This document shows positions 17,501-25,317 of a stretch of 32,000 nt of DNA, piece by piece. A program made the translations under genes and the position numbers. Under the pieces are notes generated by a model. That model was not told where the DNA came from. It ran no database searches and was given only the letters and a program-made list of their open reading frames with translations. Position 1 is the stretch's first letter. Each line of letters opens with the position of its first letter. This DNA comes from Trichodesmium erythraeum IMS101 (GTDB taxonomy: Bacteria > Cyanobacteriota > Cyanobacteriia > Cyanobacteriales > Microcoleaceae). The DNA lies in NCBI RefSeq assembly GCF_000014265.1, contig NC_008312.1, positions 6,450,001-6,482,000 of the forward strand, written 5' to 3'.

Positions 17501-18439
17501 TCCTTGGCTACTACCAATTAAGAATTCATTATCAGGAGTTCCTCGAAATGCCCCTTCGACTCTGATGGGTGCTCCTTCATTAAATACCTTAATGTTAACC
17601 GTCGCTAGGGAACTAGTTGTTCCATTACTTGTCTCATAACTAAAGCTATCAGTTCCGATAAAGAGTTGTCTGGGAGTATAAGTGAAAGTACCTGTATTAT
17701 TTTCCACTAATGACCCATTTGTAGGCAAGCTAAAGTTAATAATGGATAGAGGATTTCCTCTCGGATCGATATCGTTATTGAGAACATTAAAACTAACAGC
17801 TTGGTTTTGATTAGTTGTCGCTTCATCATCTACAGCTATTGGTGGTGGCGGTGGTACTGGTGAAGTAGTTGGTGTTGGTTCTGATGGCGATGGTGTTGGC
17901 AATGGCTCAAAATTACCGTTAATAATAACGCCAACAAGTCTGCCACTGTCATCTCTAACTTGGATAACTTCTGTTTTTGGTGGTTCCGGTATTGGTGCTA
18001 GTGTTGGTGCTGGTGTTGGTGCTGGTAATTCCTGAAACTCACCGTTAATAATAACGCCAACGAGTCTGCCACTATCGTTTCTAACTTGGATGACTTCTGT
18101 TGATATTGCTTCCGGTGTTGGTGCTGGTGTTGGTGCTGGTGCTGGTGTTGGTGCTGGTGTTGGTGCTGGTGTTGGTGCTGGTGTTGGTTCTGGTGTTGGT
18201 TCTGATGTTGGTGCTGGTGTTGGTGCTGGTGTTGGTTCTGGTGTTGGTTCTGGTGTTGGTTCTGGTGTTGGTTCTGGTGTTGGTTCTGGTGTTGGTTCTG
18301 GTGTTGGTGCTAGTGTTGGTGCTGGTGTTGGTTGTAATGGTTGAAATTTACCATTATCCTTGTTGTAACCTTTTATAGAAACACCATTTATTTTTTCAGT
18401 AACTATTTCAATATTTGTTATTGTTCCTGCTGTTGCCAT
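14576..18439 (-). CDS. large secreted RTX / cadherin-like protein, paralog of the downstream gene and a probable type I secretion substrate
   Basis: 1287 aa with no signal peptide. The N-terminus has three short modules separated by PTPE/PTPA linkers. Next come a cadherin-like module, an RTX block, a (PTPTEA)x7 linker, two cadherin-like modules (NDSDPEEKPLTVTDF...SFSYTISDGDGGSDSANVTITVN), a second RTX block, and a C-terminal domain homologous to that of the neighbour, ending DDFDFI. An AAGGAAG sequence lies upstream of the ATG. Confidence 0.85.
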   Translation of the reverse strand: MATAGTITNIEIVTEKINGVSIKGYNKDNGKFQPLQPTPAPTLAPTPEPTPEPTPEPTPEPTPEPTPEPTPAPTPAPTSEPTPEPTPAPTPAPTPAPTPAPAPTPAPTPEAISTEVIQVRNDSGRLVGVIINGEFQELPAPTPAPTLAPIPEPPKTEVIQVRDDSGRLVGVIINGNFEPLPTPSPSEPTPTTSPVPPPPPIAVDDEATTNQNQAVSFNVLNNDIDPRGNPLSIINFSLPTNGSLVENNTGTFTYTPRQLFIGTDSFSYETSNGTTSSLATVNIKVFNEGAPIRVEGAFRGTPDNEFLIGSSQGDVIFGAGGDDSIFGEASNDEIRGDADNDFINGGRGNDTVIGNPGNDNVRGGKDDDLVLGEDGNDLLFGDRENDIVNGGDGRDTIFGGKDDDNVSGDAGDDFVYGDKGDDAVTGGNGNDSVFGGEGNDNVNGDAGEDVLSGGLGVDRLFGGDGNDTLFGEEDNDQAFGGSGNDSIFGGSGADLLSGNEDNDTINGGDGNDQVQGDSGNDSLGGGLGTDTLIGGEGNDTFFISPENGALEVFDADVIADFNNNIDLISLGGGLGFNDLVIYESPTLEGRNTIIQNRSDGPFLAILVGVDSNSINSGNFIGASGFPIPTPTPTEAPTPTEAPTPTEAPTPTEAPTPTEAPTPTETPTPTEAPTPTAPPIPNLSPNAQDDELEASQDISVEINVLTNDSDPEEKPLTVTDFGTVSNGELVKKSNGIFEYTPDTDFVGSDSFSYTISDGDGGSDSANVTITVNQKPELVKNTGIVIEKDSGINFITSNNLQVSYADDIPDDLTLTYTIEDAPDLGILRKGSSRLRKEDTFTQQDIDSNLLQFTPDDTAGNDFFSYTVSDTYGGKVPLTSFSIGIADDTRTLTNKANNFTGTALSNNIFGLAGDDIIDGGDNSDYISGDEGNDSIFGNSGDDCLSGGTQQDTMIGGDGNDSVFGGSGNDSILGSQGNDSIFGEADNDSLVGGDGDDSIIGGAGDDSILGVDGQDSIAGNTGNDTIRSGVDNDSVTGGEGSDLIDGGPNNDTIISGGGADTVLGGSENDSIFGEDGDDSMVGDDGNDTIDGGSGQDIILGDIGDDSIQGGDDNDRINGGLGNDTITGNSGSDRLIGGGGNDLFFYEVADQGIDIILDFDSKGDDKFLFTSVNFGGLNNDDFSNNDFSSVILQDENIGSEGLSIADAKLVIFEGKFDDAQAVNAALNVQNGSADRPAFFLYLNSQSNKYILGYDASLANDTLPTFELGILESIEPEKDKISTIIEADDFDFI
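16416..16559 (-). repeat. 18-bp coding tandem repeat, 7 full units plus a partial one (GTCGGTGTTGGTGCTTCT and variants), encoding (PTPTEA)n
   Basis: Units read at 16416, 16434, 16452, 16470, 16488, 16506, 16524 and 16542. They differ only at 1-3 positions. Confidence 0.95.
17915..18101 (-). repeat. two 61-nt direct copies (56/61 identical) with a 126-nt period, encoding the duplicated TEVIQVR(N/D)DSGRLVGVIING module
   Basis: 17915-17975 aligned by eye against 18041-18101 shows five mismatches. Confidence 0.9.
18113..18332 (-). repeat. about 220 bp of 6/12-bp coding tandem repeat (GGTGTTGGTGCT / GGTGTTGGTTCT) encoding a PTPA/PTPE linker
   Basis: Read directly. It encodes QPTPAPTLAPTPEPTPEPTPEP...PTPAPTPAPTPEA near the N-terminus of the 1287-aa protein. 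Confidence 0.95.
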
Positions 18440-18581
18440 TCTTTTTCTTCCTTTAAAAATTTTATTTAAATTTATTGACGATATTTATTGACAAATACTC
18501 TATTTTATAATAGACATTAATTTTTGATTAGTCTTAAATTTGGCCAAAGACTACAATAAGTATTTATTCTGAATTGTGCAA

Positions 18582-20834
18582 CTAATCAGTATGGGACATA
18601 GAACTGTAGACCAAAGGTAAAAGTGGCCCTGTTTGCTCCTGCCCATTGACAGCCAAATCGCTGTGACAAAGGTAAATCCGATGTTCATTTGACCCATTAA
18701 CTGAACTAGAGTTGGAATAACTGACACGACTTAACAAATCTAGCAAAATTCGTCGCAATCTTTCCCGATCAGATTTTTGAGAATCTTCAATAGTCCAACA
18801 TTTTCCTAACTGGCCTTGCAAAAATAATGTTGCTCCGTAGAGAGTGGCAGTACCTCCACTTAACCACAGAGGAGAACCAATATCCAACCAAAACTGCCAT
18901 CTATGACATTTGCGACTAGCTCGGTATTGAAAAATCGTCGCCAAAGTTACCGCTGAAGGTGAACGACCCATTAAAGGGACTGGATATGGGTTCGCACTAA
19001 CAACACCTCTGCGTAAAAACTGGATAAACTTCTCCACTGTACTAGAGGATAAACCTTCCTCCATTGAATCATCAGTCATATCTTCTGTTGCTTGCAGTTG
19101 GGAGTTTTGTTGTAATCTACGCTCTACTTCCCAATAGTGGGTTGCTGTTTCCATTAACTCTCGTAGCCCTGATAACTGAGCAAAAGAAAGATAACTAGAA
19201 ATAAAAAATTTTTGAATTGCTCTATCTAGTAAAAATATTGGGTTAGGTAGTTGACCTTCTTGCTGTTGGGAACGCTGTTTTTCTATCCACTCTAAAATCT
19301 GATTATAAACATAAGTTGCTTGATGTCCCACCCGATCCCATCTAGAAAAAGTTCCTATGGGTAATAACTGTGGATGTGTAATATCTGGATAAAAGCAATT
19401 ATCCGCTAATAAACCTGCCCTTACTGGATCAATATCATTAGTCTTTTGTAAATTTTCCTGACCATCTATTTGTTTTTCCCCTTTAGTAATTGACCTTTGA
19501 CTTAATACCACCAGCATTTCTGCCACAGCATCACGATCTACTAGACGACCCAAACCAGGATAAACTAAAGTTAAAATAATCAACAATGCTCTAATCATCG
19601 GATAGCTAATTAGAGGACGTTGTTCTTTAAGAGATTCCACAGCAATTCCATCATTCTTGAGACTTGAAATCAAACTATAACGAGCGATCGCATCCAAACC
19701 AGGAGCTATTATTGCTACTTCTTCAGGCTTTATACCTAAACTTATATCTTTAACTATCACCTCTGCTATTTTTCGTAATAAAGCTACCCTGGATCTAGTT
19801 ATAATAGATTTAAAATAAGTTGGGAGTTGATCAATATTCAGGTAATTATTGACGACTAATTCGATAATAGGTTCCCCTATTTCTTGTGCTAAATTCTGAG
19901 GATTTTCTAATGTTTCTGTTTGACAGCGCTTTTGTAGTTTTGCGAGATATTCCGGGTCAGCCCCCAAACCCAACCTAATACTACCATCAGGATTATAAGT
20001 AAAAACACTTATAGCTCCATTATCTAACAGAAAGTCAAACAACTGATAAGTTATGGCTGGATATTCATCCACATCATCTGCCAACACAAACGGATAGCGG
20101 TGAATTAAATGTTGCTGATAGGTAGAGTTGGGTAATAGATACCGCCAGTACAACTCCGTGATTATTCCGTACGTTAGGAAACCTCCTTGCCAACACCAAT
20201 CTCGCCACTCTTGCATTAATTCTACTATATTGGCATAGAAGTTATCTAGAGTACTTAGGGAACCAGTCCCTACATCCTCAAATCCCTGTTGTAAAATCAT
20301 TTCGATTTCTTTTGTAGGCGTACAACTGAAAGCAGCCAACTGAAATAAGTCTAGAGTTCGACGTATCATCCGCTCTAAACTAATCCCTGGCTGTTTGAGT
20401 TTATCTATCTGAGGACGCCAAAATCTACTAGCAAGTTCCTGTTCTTTTTCGGGGCGCAGTCGCAAGGGAAATTGCCCCCTCAAATCCAAGGTTTGAATGA
20501 GCAATGGCCAGAATAAGATTACCTCATCCTCAAAAAAACCCAATGGAGTAGTTGAGTAATAAGGGTATTGTTCTGATGTAGCTTCCGAAATTCTATCTAT
20601 CAAATTAATCCGGCTCTTTGTATTAGCAGCTAAAACCAAAATTTTGGGTTCAGTATATTGGAAGTTCCCTATTTGATTATCACGATCGCTTTTGAGTTTT
20701 TCTACCTTCAGTACGGGAACAACTTTATTTAGGGGAGATTGAATCTCTTGGCCTCTGATACAGAATTCTTTTATTAACCGACTTGTTTTACCACTAAGAG
20801 TTTTTCCTGTAATCCATAGAGAAGTATCGGGCAC
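18582..20834 (-). CDS. P-loop NTPase with degenerate UvrD/AddB-like superfamily-1 helicase motifs, function unknown
   Basis: 750 aa. Motifs seen: Walker A GKTLSGKT at aa 10-17, a motif-II-like segment FVLADDVDEYP, and a C-terminal segment VTLATIFQYRASRKCHRWQFWLDIGS resembling the UvrD motif V/VI region with substitutions. No nuclease or Fe-S Cys cluster is visible. The CDS call is strong. The functional call is weak. Confidence 0.6.
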   Translation of the reverse strand: MPDTSLWITGKTLSGKTSRLIKEFCIRGQEIQSPLNKVVPVLKVEKLKSDRDNQIGNFQYTEPKILVLAANTKSRINLIDRISEATSEQYPYYSTTPLGFFEDEVILFWPLLIQTLDLRGQFPLRLRPEKEQELASRFWRPQIDKLKQPGISLERMIRRTLDLFQLAAFSCTPTKEIEMILQQGFEDVGTGSLSTLDNFYANIVELMQEWRDWCWQGGFLTYGIITELYWRYLLPNSTYQQHLIHRYPFVLADDVDEYPAITYQLFDFLLDNGAISVFTYNPDGSIRLGLGADPEYLAKLQKRCQTETLENPQNLAQEIGEPIIELVVNNYLNIDQLPTYFKSIITRSRVALLRKIAEVIVKDISLGIKPEEVAIIAPGLDAIARYSLISSLKNDGIAVESLKEQRPLISYPMIRALLIILTLVYPGLGRLVDRDAVAEMLVVLSQRSITKGEKQIDGQENLQKTNDIDPVRAGLLADNCFYPDITHPQLLPIGTFSRWDRVGHQATYVYNQILEWIEKQRSQQQEGQLPNPIFLLDRAIQKFFISSYLSFAQLSGLRELMETATHYWEVERRLQQNSQLQATEDMTDDSMEEGLSSSTVEKFIQFLRRGVVSANPYPVPLMGRSPSAVTLATIFQYRASRKCHRWQFWLDIGSPLWLSGGTATLYGATLFLQGQLGKCWTIEDSQKSDRERLRRILLDLLSRVSYSNSSSVNGSNEHRIYLCHSDLAVNGQEQTGPLLPLVYSSMSHTD

Positions 20835-22530
20835 TGTTAATTATCCTTTTTTGATTAATCAATTATAGTGCTTTGCACAGGGAATAAGGAATAGATACCT
20901 GGCGAAAAAATTTTTTTCTAGTATTTAGATTACACTATAATCTCAATTTTGATGAATCTTTATTATAAATGCTAGGGAGATTGTATCCAACACTCCTAAT
21001 TCAGAAGCAACAGAGAAAAATTCAGAAAAAGTAAATGTTGAAAAAAAAGGAAAAATATATAGATATAGCTGTTTTATATAAATTGAAGCAGCTATTTTTA
21101 ACCATATGTGATATAGGTTTACCTTTGTTTATATGGGGTTGTTTTTTTCAAACTTTGAAAATAACATTTTTCTAACCTTGATGCTACCCTTGAAAGGATA
21201 TCTACTAATACAGGAAAAATCACAGAAGTTATCTAACAATGATTTAAATTACATCAATCAATAGTATTTAGGAATAGAAAATAAAAGTATAGCAAAGTTT
21301 TTGATCATTAGTACAAAACTATAACGTTTTTTGATATTATTAAATAATCAAAAAAATATTAGACAAGTGCGAATTTGGAAGTAAGACAGCTACAGCTAAT
21401 GAAAATTTTGTCTAGGAAAATTTGCCTCATATATTCTATGAGTGAAACTGTGAAACATCAGCATATTTTATCAAAGAGTGCTGCCATATTTTAAAAGTCT
21501 TAGAGCCAAGCCATTAACAATATTAGATTTGAAAAATATTACAGCTACATTGTGCATAACTTTACTCGGTAGGGTGAAAAATATATTAGTAAAAAACCCT
21601 TTTTCTCATAAAAAAGATGATCAAAAGTTGGTGCGGTTAGTAGAGGATTAAAATCTTTTCCCAAATTTGCTGTATTATCAACCTCTATAGATAGCTTTTT
21701 GTAATATTTCTTTTGGCTCTAACTTCAGATATCTTTTACAAGTCCTAATCATAACAAATCAGGACTTACAGACAAATTTCATAATACCAATTCTCATGCA
21801 TTAATCCTATACTTAAGTAATACTTCAGAAATTTAAGTAATTAACACAAAGGGAATAACCTTAATTACCGAAAAATTAGGTTTAAGGCCTCGTCCATAAC
21901 CAGAGCGTTTTCATTGAAGGCGATCGCCAAAAAAAATAAAAGGGCTCTTTTTAGTGGTAAAATTAAAAAATTGTTTTTTTTGAATATATATGTTGTATGT
22001 TAAAGTAACATACTCCCAAAATTGCGCTGATAAAGGTAATGCAGAACTATTCAGTAATGTTCGCCCTTAGCAATTACAATTTTGAGGTGAGCTGATGCCC
22101 TCCCCCCGTATCAACCTTAATATCTATACATCACAGATAAGTTATTATAATAACTGTATTAATAAATTGTAAACAGCTATAAGAGAAAATAAGGACGAAC
22201 CACATATATAGTGTCCGGCTTTCATCCCAACACTCTCCTTTTCAACCCACCCTTCTTACTAGTAATGGTTCATGAATTTTGTACATTGGGTCATAATCAA
22301 CATTTATGGACCAAAAAGATTCCTTTCATATATTAATGTCTAATATCAAATGCCGGTAAAAATTAGGGAACTCTCTAAAGAAGATTAAATCTAGCATTAC
22401 TCAAAATTTCTCTTTTCAGGAGAGAAAAAAATATTTGCCATCTGTATTTTAATATGGGTGCTTCAGCAGTCCATACTGATCAGGTGATAACTGAAATTAC
22501 TTTAACTATAACCTGTAAAATTTTCTTTTA

Positions 22531-23115
22531 ATGAATACACCAACTCATGGAATTATTAATCTAGCACTTCTTATTAAACCTCAAACACCACAGGCTAATC
22601 TTGCTATTGTAATTGGTGGAATTTTACCCGATATCCCCATCTTTATTTTCTACTTATGGGCAAAATTTATTGCTCGTTTGCCAGAGGTAAAAATTTGGTC
22701 AGAAGCATATTATCAACCATTTATACAAAATATTGTTGCCATCTTTCATTCTATTCCTTTAGCTATAATTTGCTGGCTAATTTCTTACTATTTTGGTTGG
22801 CAAATTCTACAAGTTATCTGTATTAGTTTACTCTTGCATTCTCTATTAGATTTGCCAGTACATAATGATGATGCTCACAAACACTTTTTCCCTTTCAGTA
22901 ACTATAGATTTATTAGTCCGATTTCTTATTGGGATCCCAAACATTATGGTTCAATTGTTGCTTTGATAGAAATTTTGCTAGTTTTATTAGCAACTTTACG
23001 AGTATTTCCAGGAATTAATTCTGTTATAGGAAAGGCATTAATAATTTTAGTAAATATATTTTATTGGGGTAGTTATAGTTATTTTTATCTTCGTTCTAGA
23101 TTTTTAATCAACTAG
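22531..23115 (+). CDS. small polytopic membrane protein, possibly a membrane-bound metal-dependent hydrolase (YdjM/DUF457-like)
   Basis: 194 aa with about five hydrophobic helices. His/Asp-rich motifs occur at the helix ends (MNTPTHG..., LLLHSLLDLPVHNDDAHKHFFPF). The family assignment is from memory only. Confidence 0.55.
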   Translation: MNTPTHGIINLALLIKPQTPQANLAIVIGGILPDIPIFIFYLWAKFIARLPEVKIWSEAYYQPFIQNIVAIFHSIPLAIICWLISYYFGWQILQVICISLLLHSLLDLPVHNDDAHKHFFPFSNYRFISPISYWDPKHYGSIVALIEILLVLLATLRVFPGINSVIGKALIILVNIFYWGSYSYFYLRSRFLIN

Positions 23116-23184
23116 ATAACTACGTAATACAATAATATTAGTGATTATCAAATGTCTAATACTAACCTTGATAAATAAATATTT

Positions 23185-23218
23185 ACTACATTTTCTTGAG
23201 AGTAGGTAGGGACGTTGC
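23185..23218 (+). repeat. short dispersed intergenic repeat, copy B (ACTACATTTTCTTGAGAGTAGGTAGGGACGTTGC)
   Basis: It shares the 13-mer and 9-mer with copy A. Its 3' part, CTTGAG-AGTAGG-TAGGGACGTTG, matches the reverse complement of 8647-8673. Confidence 0.8.
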
Positions 23219-23673
23219 TAGGAATGCCCGCAAACAGGAGTAAAGATACAGCATGATCTCTGACAAATAATTAACAAGGAGTGAACAATAAAACTCTGCT
23301 GCTGGGGGATATTACATTGTAAATGTAGACCTCAACCGCAGCAATAAGTTCTGTAATGATAATTAAAATGTCCTGATAGCTAACATATCAAATCAGCTTA
23401 AAAAGCCTGTTTTATACCAATTATCAAAAACCTTACTAGACTTATATTTTGTATTTTTAAATATTCCTAAATTAATGTAATCTTATTGTTGACTAACATC
23501 TGTGATTTCTCCAGTTCTAGTTGACTAATTTCGATGGGTAGGATAAAGGTTTGAGAAATGGGATTAATTACTTAATAATTAAGATGTCACCTAAACATAG
23601 CATTCTTTTTTTAGCCTTGGTTTAAAACATTCCCATATAAACAATTAACCTTTTAGCTTTTTCATTCTTGAAT

Positions 23674-24567
23674 TTAAGAATATCGAATATTAAAACAACA
23701 CCACTCTTCTTTTTTCCAAAGAGTAGCTACAACCCAACCATTTTGTTCTAAAGTATCACCAATTAATTTAGCTTGTTCTAATAGAATACCACTTATAATA
23801 CCCCAAGTTTTCGGTTTAGCGATCGCTGTGAGATGTGGAATTATATCAATAATAACCTCAGCTAAAATATTGCAGACTATACCATCGACAGGTTTAGGAC
23901 ATAATTTAATTAATTTTTTAATATCTCCTTGTTCAACAATTAATTTTTCCGCCTTTATTTGATTCAATTTTCCATTATTAATAGTTGATCTAATTGCCAA
24001 AGGATCGATATCCACAGCATAAATCTGATGTACTCCTAATAATGCTGCTCCAATAGACAAAATACCACTACCACAACCAATATCAGCGATTATAGCTTCA
24101 GGATGAGGTTCCAAACCCAAACGCATTTCTAATGACTCTAAACACAATTGCGTAGTAGGATGAGTACCAGTACCAAAAGCTGCTCCTGGATCTAAACGGA
24201 GGATAATTTTATCTGACTGCTCTGGTAAATCTAACCAAGCAGGATGAATCAGAAAGTGATCGCCAATTTCTTGAGGTTGCCAATATTGTTTCCAACTACT
24301 TGCCCAATCTTCTTCCTCAATTAAATACCAATCCATTATTGGAACTGGAAAATTCATACATAGAGCATCTTGACGGAAATTTAAACTCAGAGCTGATAAG
24401 TCTAACAGTTGAGTTTGCTCTTCTGGTAAATAAGCTAATACCAAACAATTCTTACCTTGAATCTGACTTGCGGTGCCACGACAACCAAAACTATCCAGAC
24501 GCCAGAATATTACTTCCTCTAGACTTTTGTTACACAATACTCTAATTACCCACCAGTTATAAGCCAT
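23674..24567 (-). CDS. prmA: ribosomal protein L11 methyltransferase
   Basis: 297 aa. The PrmA N-terminal domain ([29 protein letters not shown]) is present, along with [16 protein letters not shown] and the SAM-binding motif [19 protein letters not shown]. Confidence 0.9.
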   Translation of the reverse strand: MAYNWWVIRVLCNKSLEEVIFWRLDSFGCRGTASQIQGKNCLVLAYLPEEQTQLLDLSALSLNFRQDALCMNFPVPIMDWYLIEEEDWASSWKQYWQPQEIGDHFLIHPAWLDLPEQSDKIILRLDPGAAFGTGTHPTTQLCLESLEMRLGLEPHPEAIIADIGCGSGILSIGAALLGVHQIYAVDIDPLAIRSTINNGKLNQIKAEKLIVEQGDIKKLIKLCPKPVDGIVCNILAEVIIDIIPHLTAIAKPKTWGIISGILLEQAKLIGDTLEQNGWVVATLWKKEEWCCFNIRYS

Positions 24568-25163
24568 AAAAGTTGCAGCTTTTCTAAGTTATATTGGAAA
24601 TTTTTGAATTGAAGTAGTATATTCATCTAAAATTACTTAAATATTTCATCTTCCAAGTTCCCCACCCCAACCATATAATAAGTATTCAACCAGATTTTAT
24701 ATAAGCTCTCCAACCAATGAGATAGCTTGAAAACTAGAGTTAAAGGATTTAGCGCTCCAGATAAATACTTGTGGGTGAAAAAACTCTCAAGCCCTTTTCA
24801 GATTAATGACCTCACATCACAATCAAAACCCTATAGGCACATTCAATAAAATGTTTTTAATATAATCTAGGGAAATTCAAACCACTGTAATCAAGCTTGT
24901 AGAAGAGAAATCAAGTTTTTTGAGATGAGGGAATTGTATCCCAAGACATAAGTATACAGACTCAGTCTTAAGGTTTCGCAGCACAGCGCGAAAAGCATTT
25001 CCCTGAGCGAAATAAACAGTAAAGCTGCTCAAGAGAGAAGCAAATTTCATAAAAGCAATGAATCACTTTTATGCCCAGCAATCCCTAGCCTGAAAACAGA
25101 ACCATATCTGAAATAAATGCCTTACGACATTTAATTATATCATAACTTATACACCAAAACAAG

Positions 25164-25232
25164 AAACCGGGTTTATTGCTATTATTATTGTTTTTCACGA
25201 ATCTAGGGAAATGCTCTAGCTCAACCCGGTTT
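25164..25232 (-). terminator. candidate serA 3' stem structure (10-bp perfect arms, 49-nt interior, U-rich tail on the minus strand)
   Basis: AAACCGGGTT (25164-25173) and AACCCGGTTT (25223-25232) are exact complements. On the minus strand the second arm is followed by CUUGUUUUGG. The structure lies 86-154 nt downstream of the serA stop. The interior is too long for a textbook intrinsic terminator. Confidence 0.3.
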
Positions 25233-25317
25233 GATCGACTTTTTATACTTTATTTATAGTTGACACTACCGAATTTAATATTAACAAAATATCGGGGCTT
25301 TTAGGTATAACAGTACT

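Noticed and set aside
11809-17639. Long plus-strand ORFs inside the RTX genes (11809-12270, 12907-13977, 13514-13729, 14795-15028, 15189-15527, 16944-17639) and same-strand off-frame ORFs (16366-16614, 17074-17274).
   Set aside because: They lie entirely within much longer minus-strand CDSs that carry clear RTX and cadherin motifs. Their translations are Ser/Pro-rich low-complexity strings (SPPS..., VSLP...), the expected mirror image of GGxGxD repeats. Antisense frames of such repeats simply lack stop codons.
12946-18332. The tandem repeats were considered as possible CRISPR arrays.
   Set aside because: The units are 6-24 bp, contiguous with no unique spacers, in frame, and inside CDSs. They encode Pro/Thr linkers. 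There are no cas genes in the window.
16398-18378. ORFs 16398-16658, 18090-18344 and 18100-18378, which encode poly-(GVGA) or poly-(LV) peptides.
   Set aside because: These are alternative-frame or antisense readings of the PTPTEA and PTPE coding microsatellites. They have no start context and no plausible protein.
18488-18511. TTGACA (18488-18493) and TATAAT (18506-18511) hexamers considered as a promoter.
   Set aside because: The spacer is only 12 nt. The pair also points on the plus strand into the 3' end of a minus-strand gene. It is most likely chance in AT-rich DNA.
24877-25050. 57-codon minus-strand ORF (MKFASLLSSFTVYFAQGNAFRAVLRNLKTESVYLCLGIQFPHLKKLDFSSTSLITVV) between serA and prmA.
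   Set aside because: It has an ATG and is in the same orientation as its neighbours. However, I found no convincing RBS and recognised no motif, and it overlaps a GC-richer hairpin (TTTCGC-N8-GCGAAA). I cannot support it without conservation or expression data. It is worth a tblastn check only.
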